54,490 nt of DNA from positions 1 to 54,490 of the forward strand of contig JBNLBB010000003.1 in the NCBI GenBank assembly GCA_050302415.1. Direction: 5' to 3'. How positions within the stretch are numbered: the first letter of the stretch is position 1; each line of letters starts with the position of its first letter. Origin of the DNA: Gammaproteobacteria bacterium. Its GTDB lineage: Bacteria; Pseudomonadota; Gammaproteobacteria; JBNLBB01. This document shows, piece after piece, positions 41,256-50,178 of this stretch. Under the pieces are notes generated by a model. It did no database searches. It saw nothing but the letters and a program-made list of their open reading frames with translations, and was not told where the DNA came from. Both the position numbers and the translations under genes were made by a program.

Positions 41256-42235
41256 GTGAACTCCAGGGTCTGGCGGGCGGCGGCGAGGATGCGCCCGACG
41301 TTCGGCATGTAGTGGTGCTCCAGGCGCGGCAGCGGCATCACCGTGTCGTAGCCCGCTACCCGGACGATGGGCGCCAGCAGTGACATCAGCCCCTGCTCCG
41401 CGAGTTGGGCGGCAATCTCGCCCCCCAGGCCACCGCTGCGCACCGCCTCGTGGACGATGACGCAGCGACCGGTACGGGCCACGGAATCGAGAATGGTCGG
41501 CATGTCGAGGGGTTTGAGGGTGGCCACGTCGATCACCTCGGCGGCAACGCCTTCTGCAGCCAGGGCGTCAGCAGCCTGTAGGGTTTCGTGCAGCATGGCA
41601 CCCCAGGCGACGAGGGTGAGATCGCGCCCCTCGCGCAGGGTGAAGCAGCTGTCCAAGGGCAGCGCTTTCCCGTCGTCTGTGACCGTCTCCTTGTGCAGGC
41701 GGTAAATTCGCTTCGGTTCGAGGAAGATCACCGGGTCGGGATCACGGATCGCAGCCAGAAGCAGGCCATAGGCGCGCGCCGGAGAACTGGGCACCACCAC
41801 CCGCAGGCCCGGAATGTGCGCGAGTAGTGCCTCGGTACTTTCGGAATGGTGTTCCGGGGCGTGGATTCCGCCACCGTACGGGGCGCGCAGCACCATGGGA
41901 CAGGTGAGTCGGCCCCGGGTGCGGTTGCGCAAGCGCGCAGCGTGGCTGATGAGGTGGTCCAGGGCCGGGAAGATGAAGCCCATGAACTGGATCTCCGCCA
42001 CCGGGCGCAGCCCCTGCGCCGCCATGCCCACGGCCAGACCGGCAATCACCGTTTCGGCGAGCGGCGTGTCGCGTACCCGGCGCTCGCCGAAGCGCTGCTG
42101 TAGCCCGATGGTGGCGCGGAATACTCCCCCGTTGATGCCCACGTCCTCGCCCAGCAGCACCACATTCGGGTCGCGCTCCAGCTCGTAGGCCAGCGCCTGG
42201 TTAACCGCCTCCACCAGGGTGATCAGCTCACTCAT
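41252..42235 (-). CDS. 2-oxoacid dehydrogenase E1 beta
   Basis: GEDVG, DTPLAE, EIQF, EHHS, FLEPK, VHEA. Confidence 0.93.
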   Translation of the reverse strand: MSELITLVEAVNQALAYELERDPNVVLLGEDVGINGGVFRATIGLQQRFGERRVRDTPLAETVIAGLAVGMAAQGLRPVAEIQFMGFIFPALDHLISHAARLRNRTRGRLTCPMVLRAPYGGGIHAPEHHSESTEALLAHIPGLRVVVPSSPARAYGLLLAAIRDPDPVIFLEPKRIYRLHKETVTDDGKALPLDSCFTLREGRDLTLVAWGAMLHETLQAADALAAEGVAAEVIDVATLKPLDMPTILDSVARTGRCVIVHEAVRSGGLGGEIAAQLAEQGLMSLLAPIVRVAGYDTVMPLPRLEHHYMPNVGRILAAARQTLEFT

Positions 42236-43298
42236 GGCTTTCCCCCCATGCCTTGGCTTCGGCCCGTTGACCACGCAAGGCGGCGGGCAGCTCGGCGTAG
42301 AGGTGGTCGAACATCGACTCAGGCGGTTGGGCCGGTGTATCCAGATAGTCGGCCACCGCCGCTTCCACCTGCGCCGCGGAGTCGGCCAGCAAGCGCTCCT
42401 CGTCCGCCTTGGTCCAGCCTCCGTGCTGGGTAAGGTATTTGCGCAGCCGCGCGATCGGTTCCTCCGCCCAGCGCCTGGCCACCTCCGCCTCGTCGCGATA
42501 GCGTCCTGCGTCATCGGCTGTGGTGTGGTCACAGAGGCGGTAGGTGAGGGCTTCAATCAGGCAGGGGCCCCCGCCGCAGCGCGCCTGCTCGAGCGCGCCC
42601 TGCACGGTATGGTAGACGGCCCAGGCGTCATTGCCATCGACCTGCGCCCCCGGGATACCGGCGGCGATCGCTTTCTGCGCCAGGGTGCGGGCGGCGCTCT
42701 GGGCCGGGCGGGGCACGGAGATGGCCCACTGGTTGTTGTTGATCAGGAACACTACCGGCAACTGCCAGGCTCCTGCCACGTTCATTGCTTCGTAGAAGTC
42801 GCCCTTGGAGGTGGCCCCATCGCCGAGGGTGCTGAGCACCGCGCGCTCCTCTTCACGCAGCTGCATGGCGCTGGCGACGCCGGCCGCGTGGCAGGTCTGG
42901 GTGCCTACCGGCACGCAAACCGGGAAATCCTGGCGTGGACCGGCAAAGTCGCTGCCGCGCTCGTCACCCCCCCAGTAGAGCAGCAGTTCACAGAGCGTCA
43001 CCCCGCGACCCAACTGCGCGGCCGCATCCCGGTAGTTGGGCACCAGCACGTCCTCGGCGCGCATGGCCACCGCGGCCGCCGCGCCGACCGCCTCCTGGCC
43101 CAGGCTGGAGGCATAGGTACCGAGCTGTCCGGTGCGTTGCAGTGCCACTGCCTTCGCGTCGAAAGTCCGGCACAGGACCATCAGACGATAGATCTGGCTC
43201 AATGGGGAAGGATCGGATAACGGCGTGGGTGCTTCGGCAACCGGCACACCGTCGGGGCCGATGAACTGCGTATAACCAATCGTAAAACGCGCGGTCAT
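42228..43298 (-). CDS. 2-oxoacid dehydrogenase E1 alpha
   Basis: LQRTGQLG, GQEA, TPP motif GDGATS...NNNQWAIS, HTTADD. Confidence 0.93.
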   Translation of the reverse strand: MTARFTIGYTQFIGPDGVPVAEAPTPLSDPSPLSQIYRLMVLCRTFDAKAVALQRTGQLGTYASSLGQEAVGAAAAVAMRAEDVLVPNYRDAAAQLGRGVTLCELLLYWGGDERGSDFAGPRQDFPVCVPVGTQTCHAAGVASAMQLREEERAVLSTLGDGATSKGDFYEAMNVAGAWQLPVVFLINNNQWAISVPRPAQSAARTLAQKAIAAGIPGAQVDGNDAWAVYHTVQGALEQARCGGGPCLIEALTYRLCDHTTADDAGRYRDEAEVARRWAEEPIARLRKYLTQHGGWTKADEERLLADSAAQVEAAVADYLDTPAQPPESMFDHLYAELPAALRGQRAEAKAWGESHE

Positions 43299-43791
43299 GG
43301 CTGCTCCTTCCTTGCACGATTATTTTAGCTGTCGCGCAGAGTAGGTGCCGGAGTGACCGCTCACTTAGGGATCAGAGGTGCTACCCCTTCCGACAGGTGT
43401 GGTTGCTCACCGGGTGCACACCCGATCGGTTGCCGCGTTGCGGTGCGTCGACAATCCCGTTAGACCAGCGGAGGTGAGGAGACGTTCAAACCGCCCACCC
43501 GCCGGTGGGAGGCACAACCGGCCCCGATATCCCTGCGCGCCACTGCGAACGGCGTGGTCGCATGGTGGGGCAGGAACTGCAGTCTGTGACAGTTGCCTGG
43601 TTACTTGCCGGTTATCCCCGCTGTGCTGCCGCGGACCATCGCCGAGGCGCCTTCCGGAGCCCAGGCCAGGCCTCGTTGAAACCAGCTATCTATTTGACCA
43701 AACTCAAGAAATGTAAGGCATCCGATTGTTGTGGTGCCACCGGATCGAGTATGGTGACTGAGGGGAATTCCACGGAAGGCACACCGAAGTT

Positions 43792-46314
43792 ATGTATCGT
43801 GACGTCGCTCGGCGCAGCTTCTTCACGCGGGCGCGCCAGTCGGCGTGCGGATTGCTGTTATGCCTGGTGGCCCCTCTGGCCTGGACCCAGTCCGGTTCCG
43901 ATTCTCCACCGTTGCCGATGAGCGAATCGGAGCGCGCCTGGCTGCAGGAGCATCCGGAAGTCGTGGTCCGCATCAGCCCCGGATATCCACCGTTCGAGTT
44001 CCAGCGCGAGGGCGCCTACGTGGGTATGGCTGTTGATTATCTGGATCGGGTGGGCGCCCGATTGAACCTCAAGTTCGTGCCGGCACCGGCGGCAATGAGC
44101 TGGAGCGAGGCGCTGGAACGGTTGCGGTCCCGCCAGGGAATTGACCTGATCCTGCTCATTACCCGCACAGACGAGCGGGAACTCGATATCCGCTTCACCC
44201 GCGACTACATCAGTTTTCCCTGGGTCATTTTTGGCCGCGAGGATGGCATATTCATTTCGGGTATCGGCGACCTCTCCGGCCATGTGGTGGCGGTGGAGAA
44301 GGGCTATGTGGCGGCCGAGTGGCTGCGGCGCGATGTTCCGGGGGTCCAGTTACTGGAGACCCCGGATACCGCTTCGGCCCTGGAAGCGGTTGCCCTGGGG
44401 CGGGCGGATGCCTACGTCGGGAACCTGGCGGCGGGCAGTTTCAGCGTCGAGGACAAGGGGCTGGTGAACATCAAGATTGCCGCGCCCACCCCCTACGGCG
44501 AAGATCCCCTGGCCATGGGCGTGCGCAAGGACTGGCCGGAACTCGCCCGCCTGCTCGATCGCGCCCTGGCCGACATGCGGCCGGACGAACATACCGCCAT
44601 CCGTCAGCGCTGGCTCTCGCTGCGCTACGAACACGGAGTCACCTGGAATGACGTACTGCTCTGGGTCTCCCTGGTGGCCGGGACGGCGCTGGCGTTCATT
44701 CTGCAACTGCGGCGACTGGTCACGCAGCGGACGCGGCACCTGTCGCAGGAGATCGCCGATCACCGCCGGGCGGAGGAGGCGCTGGAGGAGAGCCAGGCCC
44801 GCTACTCCGTGATCTTCAATCACATTCACGACGCCCTGTTCATCCAGGACCGGAAGGGGCGGATTCTGGACATCAACCAGACGGCGGAACGCCTCTACGG
44901 GGTCGACCGCGCAACCGCCCGCACCCTCAACATCGTCAAGCATTTTTCAGGACCCGGAAACAACCTGGAGCAACTGCCCACCCTCTGGCGGCGGATGCTG
45001 GATGGTGAAAGCGTCACCTTCGAGTGGAACGCGCGGCGGGTCGACGATGGCGCCCAGTTTCCGGTGGAGGTGTGGCTGCAGCGGGTTCAGGTGGGCAGCC
45101 GCGACCTGATCCTGGCCAACGTGCGTGAAATCACTGAACGCAAGCGCCAGGAGCAGCAGCGCATCCAGTCACAGAAGATGGAGGCCATCGGCAAGCTGGC
45201 AGGCGGTATCGCCCACGACTTCAACAACATCCTGTTTGCCCTCAACGGCTTCATGGAACTGGCGCGCCAGGAGGCGGAAGGGCAGGAGAAGATCACGCGC
45301 TATCTAGACCAGTCGCTGGTGGCCGGCAACCGGGCCACCGCGCTGGTGCGCCAGATCCTCACCTTCAGCCGCGGTGGCGACCAGCAACGGGTCGCCGTGG
45401 ATCCGGCAGTGGTGGTGGGTGAGGCACTGCGGCTGCTCCGTTCCACCATTCCCGCCACCGTGGAAATCCGGCAGCGGTTGGAGGCCACCGAGGCAGTGCG
45501 CTGCGATCCGACCCGGCTGCATCAGGTGCTGGTCAATCTCTGCACCAACGCCTACCACGCCATGCAGGAGCACGGCGGCGTGCTGGAGGTGGAGCTGACG
45601 CAACAGACCCTGGAACAGCGGAGCGAACCGCCCTTCGAGGCACCGCCCGGTCGCTACGTGGTGATCCGCGTCAGTGACACCGGGTGCGGCATGTCGCCGG
45701 AGCTGGTAGGGCACATATTCGATCCCTACTTCACCACCAAGGAGGCGGGCAAGGGCACCGGCCTGGGGCTGGCCGTGGTGCATGGGATCGTCAAGGACCT
45801 GGGCGGCTACATCCAGGTCGAAAGCGCCCCTGGCCTTGGATCCACCTTTGACATCTGTCTGCCGGCCACGCAGGCCGATTGCGTCGGGGTGGTCGCCACC
45901 GAAGTGACCATGCCACGCGGCGGCAACGAACGGATTCTGGTAGTGGATGATGAGTCCACAATCGTCGACATATTCCGGCACACCCTGGAGCGTGAGGGTT
46001 ACCGGGTCACTTCCTTCACCGATGGCGAACAGGCACTGGACCGAATCCTGCAAGAACCCGATGCCTACGACCTAGTCATCACCGACATGGCTATGCCCAT
46101 GGTCAGCGGCACCGTCATCGGCGCCCGGATTCGCGATGTGCGTCCCGATCTGCCGGTCATCCTGTGCACCGGCTACAGTGACCAGGTGAACGCCGAACAG
46201 GCGCTAAAGGCCGGATTCAGTGCCTATCTGGAAAAGCCGGTGCGCATGGAACAGCTGCTGCGCGCGGTGCGCGACTCACTCGATTCACAACCCTCCGCCA
46301 CCACCTATAGTTGA
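43792..46314 (+). CDS. Hybrid sensor kinase (periplasmic binding domain-TM-PAS-HisKA-HATPase-REC)
   Basis: YPPFEF, AGGIAHDFNN, NLCTNA, DTGCG, FTTK..GTGLGL, VVDDE, TDMAMP, KP; start uncertain. Confidence 0.93.
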   Translation: MYRDVARRSFFTRARQSACGLLLCLVAPLAWTQSGSDSPPLPMSESERAWLQEHPEVVVRISPGYPPFEFQREGAYVGMAVDYLDRVGARLNLKFVPAPAAMSWSEALERLRSRQGIDLILLITRTDERELDIRFTRDYISFPWVIFGREDGIFISGIGDLSGHVVAVEKGYVAAEWLRRDVPGVQLLETPDTASALEAVALGRADAYVGNLAAGSFSVEDKGLVNIKIAAPTPYGEDPLAMGVRKDWPELARLLDRALADMRPDEHTAIRQRWLSLRYEHGVTWNDVLLWVSLVAGTALAFILQLRRLVTQRTRHLSQEIADHRRAEEALEESQARYSVIFNHIHDALFIQDRKGRILDINQTAERLYGVDRATARTLNIVKHFSGPGNNLEQLPTLWRRMLDGESVTFEWNARRVDDGAQFPVEVWLQRVQVGSRDLILANVREITERKRQEQQRIQSQKMEAIGKLAGGIAHDFNNILFALNGFMELARQEAEGQEKITRYLDQSLVAGNRATALVRQILTFSRGGDQQRVAVDPAVVVGEALRLLRSTIPATVEIRQRLEATEAVRCDPTRLHQVLVNLCTNAYHAMQEHGGVLEVELTQQTLEQRSEPPFEAPPGRYVVIRVSDTGCGMSPELVGHIFDPYFTTKEAGKGTGLGLAVVHGIVKDLGGYIQVESAPGLGSTFDICLPATQADCVGVVATEVTMPRGGNERILVVDDESTIVDIFRHTLEREGYRVTSFTDGEQALDRILQEPDAYDLVITDMAMPMVSGTVIGARIRDVRPDLPVILCTGYSDQVNAEQALKAGFSAYLEKPVRMEQLLRAVRDSLDSQPSATTYS

Positions 46315-46368
46315 ATCAGGAGGGGTGCCGCTGCGCGCGGTATCCGGGCCCGGTCACGGAGGTGTGTG

Positions 46369-46974
46369 ATGTCAACCGAAACCCATGTGCTGGCCCTGGT
46401 CGGCAGCTACCGCAAGGATTGCGTGGTGGATACCACGGTCAATGAAGTGCTCGGCGGGGCCGAGGCGGCGGGTGCGCTCACCCGCAAGATCTACCTGGTG
46501 GACCGCGATATCCACTTCTGCATGAACTGTCGCAGTTGCATGCAGGAGCCCGGGGAAGCCCGCGGCAAGTGCGTGATCGACGATGACCTGGAGTCCATCC
46601 TCAGCGCCGTGGAGGGGTGTGACCGGTTGGTGATTGGTGCCCCGGTCAACTTCGACAATGTCAACGCGGTCACCCGCAAATTCCTGGAACGCTGCGCCGG
46701 GTACGGGTACTGGCCCTGGGGCAGTCCCTATCCGCTGCCGCGCAGCAAACGGCAGGACAAACGTGCGGTGCTGGTCTCGGCGAGCGGAGCCCCCGCCCTC
46801 ATGGGGCGTTACCTCTCCGGTGCGGCCAAGGCGCTCAAGACCCTGGCCCAGTTGTTCGGCGCCAAAATCCTAGGTTTTGTCTGGACCGGCCGGGTGAATG
46901 AGGAGAACCAGCAGATTCCCGACAGGATTCGGCGCAAGGCCCGGCAGTTGGGGCGGGAACTGGCGCTGGGGTGA
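46369..46974 (+). CDS. Iron-sulfur flavoprotein / NADPH-FMN reductase (flavodoxin fold)
   Basis: GSYRK, CMNCRSC...C, GAPVNF; RBS GGAGG. Confidence 0.85.
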   Translation: MSTETHVLALVGSYRKDCVVDTTVNEVLGGAEAAGALTRKIYLVDRDIHFCMNCRSCMQEPGEARGKCVIDDDLESILSAVEGCDRLVIGAPVNFDNVNAVTRKFLERCAGYGYWPWGSPYPLPRSKRQDKRAVLVSASGAPALMGRYLSGAAKALKTLAQLFGAKILGFVWTGRVNEENQQIPDRIRRKARQLGRELALG

Positions 46975-47057
46975 GACCCGGTATGCAGACTGGCAGGGAA
47001 TGGCCGGAGTAGGCTGTGGTCCAACCATTTCCGGCAACGAACATTATGGAGGACGTC

Positions 47058-47255
47058 ATGCCCGAAATTTCCCTGGAACAGTTGGCTGTCGCCGAGCTGG
47101 TGCGTGAGGCTTGCATCGAGGCGAGCCGCGCCGCCTTCGCGGATGCCGGCCAGAGCGGTCTGTGCGAAGAGGGTGCCTGGGAAGCGGCGATCGGGGCGAT
47201 GCAGACCCTCGATCTGGAGCAGTTGCTGCTGCGGCCCGCCCACCTGATGGAGTGA
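47058..47255 (+). CDS. Small acidic hypothetical protein (65 aa)
   Basis: RBS GGAGG; AELVREAC...GLCEEGAWEAA. Confidence 0.7.
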   Translation: MPEISLEQLAVAELVREACIEASRAAFADAGQSGLCEEGAWEAAIGAMQTLDLEQLLLRPAHLME

Positions 47256-47366
47256 ACGCTGCCCGTCGCGCGCGGGGAGCATCTGCGCCCCGGCGTGGTC
47301 TAATCGGGTCCATCCATCAACCGGTCACGGTCTGGCGGATCGCGGCCGGGTCAGGAGATCATCCAC

Positions 47367-48146
47367 ATGCAACAGGTGATTGGTTCCTACCACGAGATTC
47401 CGGTACCCAAACTCCAATCCATCTCACTTAGCCAACCCCTCCAATGGCTCCATCTCGGCGCCCGTGACATGCAACGGTCACCGGCAGCAAGTCTGGGTTA
47501 CGCGGCGGTCTGGATCGGCGCGGGCTATCTCATGTACGGGCTGCTGTTCCACTTTGGCCTGGTCCATTTTGTCCTGCCGGTCACTGCGGGATTCATGCTC
47601 ATCGGACCGCTGGTGGCGGTAGGATTCTATGAAATCAGTCGGCGGCATCAGCGCAGCCAGGACGCCTTCTTTGCCGATACCTGGAGCGCTTGGGGCAGAT
47701 TCCCGTCCCAGTTGGCCACCCTGGGCGCGATGCTGATGGTGCTTTTTCTGGTGTGGATCCAGCTCAACGTCCTGGTGTTCGCTCTGCTGTTTCAAGGCAT
47801 CACACCCACCTGGAGCAACTTCATCACCGGCGTGCTGCTGACCCCGGCCAATCTGCCCCTGCTGCTCATCGGTACCGCAGTCGGACTGGGCATCGCCGCC
47901 TTCGCCTTCAGTCTGTCGGCCATCGCCGCTCCCATGCTGATGGACCGTAAGATGTCAGCTTTCACCGCTGTGCTCCTGAGCCTGAACGCGGTGCGCAACA
48001 ATCCGTTGCCCATGGCGCTGTGGGGTCTGCAGATTGTGCTGTTTGTCGGCGTGGGCCTGTTGCTGCTGTTGCTGGGGCTGTTCGTGACCCTGCCGCTGAT
48101 CGGACATGCCACCTGGCATGCTTACCGGGATCTGGTCGCCGACTGA
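47367..48146 (+). CDS. DUF2189 membrane protein
   Basis: GFMLIGP..AVGFYEISRR, PMLMDR, PLIGHATWHAYRDL. Confidence 0.85.
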   Translation: MQQVIGSYHEIPVPKLQSISLSQPLQWLHLGARDMQRSPAASLGYAAVWIGAGYLMYGLLFHFGLVHFVLPVTAGFMLIGPLVAVGFYEISRRHQRSQDAFFADTWSAWGRFPSQLATLGAMLMVLFLVWIQLNVLVFALLFQGITPTWSNFITGVLLTPANLPLLLIGTAVGLGIAAFAFSLSAIAAPMLMDRKMSAFTAVLLSLNAVRNNPLPMALWGLQIVLFVGVGLLLLLLGLFVTLPLIGHATWHAYRDLVAD

Positions 48147-49207
48147 ACTGCGCGCCTGGCCTGCACCACCACCACCAGGGTGGTGAGCAGAAAGAGCACA
48201 ATGGCCAGGGCGTTGAGCCTGCCGCCCCAGATCCGCCCTGCCCACCAGCCGCTGTGATCGGCGGCCACGCGCAGCAGCAGCGAGCCGTGAAGCAGCGCCA
48301 GGTTGAGATAGAAGACCGGGTGGAACGGCACCTGCACGTGCAGTACCGAGGGCAGGATCACCGGGGCGTGCCCCAGGATCATGGCAAACACAAATCCGAC
48401 AAACAGGGCGTGCAGCGCCGCATCGTAGGCCGGTCCCGCAGGTGCCAGTCCCTGCACCAGCAACATCCCGCCGGCCAGCGCCAGCCACCCAAATCCCGAC
48501 AGCAGACAGATGCCGATATAGCGGGTCAGGCCCGGTCTGCGCACGGTCACCCGCGCCGCATCGTAGCGCCAGAGCCAGAGCGCCAGGACCACGAGCCCGG
48601 CGCCGAACAGGCGGGCACCCAGCGGGTCGGTGCCGGCGAGGGTGCCGGCGAGCAGCAGGCCCAGCGGCAGCAACAGCGTGGTGCGGTGGGCCGGTGGCGG
48701 ATTGATGAAACGGCTCAGCTCCAGCCGTTCACCGGTGATGGTGAGCACCAGAAACGCGCCCCAGGCGAGGACCACGCCCGGACCCCAGCCCAGACCCAGC
48801 CACAGCAGGTTGCCATAGAGCCAAGCCAGCGCGCCCAGCGCCATGATGGCGGTGAACAGGGCACGCTGGCGACGCCAGAAGAGGACCGCGACGGCTGCCA
48901 GACCGGCGCTGCCGGCGGTGATCAGCAGTTGCGGTCCCGGGCCCGCCAGGTGTAACACCAGCCCGAGCCCGCCCAGGCCGGCCAGCAGGGGCACCAGCAG
49001 CGCCCAGCCCTGGCGCAAGGCCACGGCGCGTTCCAGGGCGATCACGGTCCCGAGAAACCCGCAGACCATCAGCGGACCATGGGCGGCGGTGAGACTGCTG
49101 CCCGGCAGGGGCCAGTCGCCACCCAGGCGGGCAGCACCGGCCAGCAGACCGCTGAGCAGCGACGCCGCTCCCAGCACCATCACCGGCAGCCGCCAGGCGA
49201 CGCGCAT
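48122..49207 (-). CDS. Polytopic His-containing membrane protein (loosely NnrS-like)
   Basis: Many hydrophobic helices; HGPLMVCGFLGTVIALERAVAL, GERLELSR, LHALFVGFVFAMILGHAPVILP. Confidence 0.75.
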   Translation of the reverse strand: MRVAWRLPVMVLGAASLLSGLLAGAARLGGDWPLPGSSLTAAHGPLMVCGFLGTVIALERAVALRQGWALLVPLLAGLGGLGLVLHLAGPGPQLLITAGSAGLAAVAVLFWRRQRALFTAIMALGALAWLYGNLLWLGLGWGPGVVLAWGAFLVLTITGERLELSRFINPPPAHRTTLLLPLGLLLAGTLAGTDPLGARLFGAGLVVLALWLWRYDAARVTVRRPGLTRYIGICLLSGFGWLALAGGMLLVQGLAPAGPAYDAALHALFVGFVFAMILGHAPVILPSVLHVQVPFHPVFYLNLALLHGSLLLRVAADHSGWWAGRIWGGRLNALAIVLFLLTTLVVVVQARRAVQSATRSR

Positions 49208-49518
49208 CAGGCCCAACCCAGCAGCGAGCGGGCCGCCACCGACATCCGCTCCGGCGTCCACTCCGGCTCGTCCAGGATATCGACCCGGACGTCGAGCGTG
49301 TCACCGAAGTGGTGGTGCAGCAGGTGCACCGCCTCGATGCAGAGATAATCACCGTGGGGGCAGGCCGGAGAGGTCATGAGCAGGCCGATGCGGATGGTGC
49401 CCGGGGTGCTGTCTACGCTCTCCACCAGCCCCAGTTCGACAATGTCGACCCCCACCTCGGGATCGACCAGCTGGTGCAGGGGTTCAAGGATCTGTTCTCG
49501 GGTATAGGTCTCAGACAT
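49207..49518 (-). CDS. DUF59/SufT/PaaD-like metal-sulfur cluster assembly factor
   Basis: DPEVGVDIVELGLV, TSPACP, PEWTPERMS. Confidence 0.9.
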   Translation of the reverse strand: MSETYTREQILEPLHQLVDPEVGVDIVELGLVESVDSTPGTIRIGLLMTSPACPHGDYLCIEAVHLLHHHFGDTLDVRVDILDEPEWTPERMSVAARSLLGWA

Positions 49519-50170
49519 AGGTGCCGGCTCCGGATTCGATTGGCCCGCAGTCTACTTCGATGATTGCCCGGCGGCGACAGACCGGGTCGAGCAGCAGCGC
49601 CCGGACCCGCCGCTGCCAACGTGCACCGAAGTCCCGGCGCTGGCGTTCGCTGGCGCCACCGTTGAGCAGCGCCCCCAGCAACCCGCCCAGTTCCGGATCT
49701 TCGGGCAGCACGCTGCCGTCGTAACGCAGGGCCAGGCGGGCGCCGGTATCCAGGCGCTGGAACACGAAAGGGTCGGCCAGGTCGCCGCTGCCGCGATAGC
49801 GCAGCAGACCGTTGCGCGCATGATGTCCGCCCAGACCGCGGAAGCCGTTGTCCGCCGCCGCGCCGGTGACCAGACCCAGCACCTGGGTGAAGGGCCCGAT
49901 GGCGCCGGCATCGGGTCGTCCGGGGGCGGAGATGGCGATGGCGCCGCGCACCGGGGGGCTATCCGGGTAGAGGCGGGGCAGGGCGTGCAGCAGCATGGCC
50001 CAGGCCCCGGCCACGGTGGGGCAGCAGTGGCCGCTGAGTCGCACCGCATCGGCAAAGCGGTAACTGACCGGCACCGGGTCGACGCTGCCGGCGAGCAGTG
50101 CGCCCAGCGGGTCGAGCAGCGCCAGCGTGGGTACTTCATCGGCAAAATCGGGTATCCAGGTCAAGGTCAT
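49511..50170 (-). CDS. FmdE-like protein
   Basis: DPL, YRFADAVRLSGHCCPTVAGA, PVRG, TGAA..GFRG, WQRRV. Confidence 0.7.
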   Translation of the reverse strand: MTLTWIPDFADEVPTLALLDPLGALLAGSVDPVPVSYRFADAVRLSGHCCPTVAGAWAMLLHALPRLYPDSPPVRGAIAISAPGRPDAGAIGPFTQVLGLVTGAAADNGFRGLGGHHARNGLLRYRGSGDLADPFVFQRLDTGARLALRYDGSVLPEDPELGGLLGALLNGGASERQRRDFGARWQRRVRALLLDPVCRRRAIIEVDCGPIESGAGTYV

Positions 50171-50178
50171 GGTGGCTC

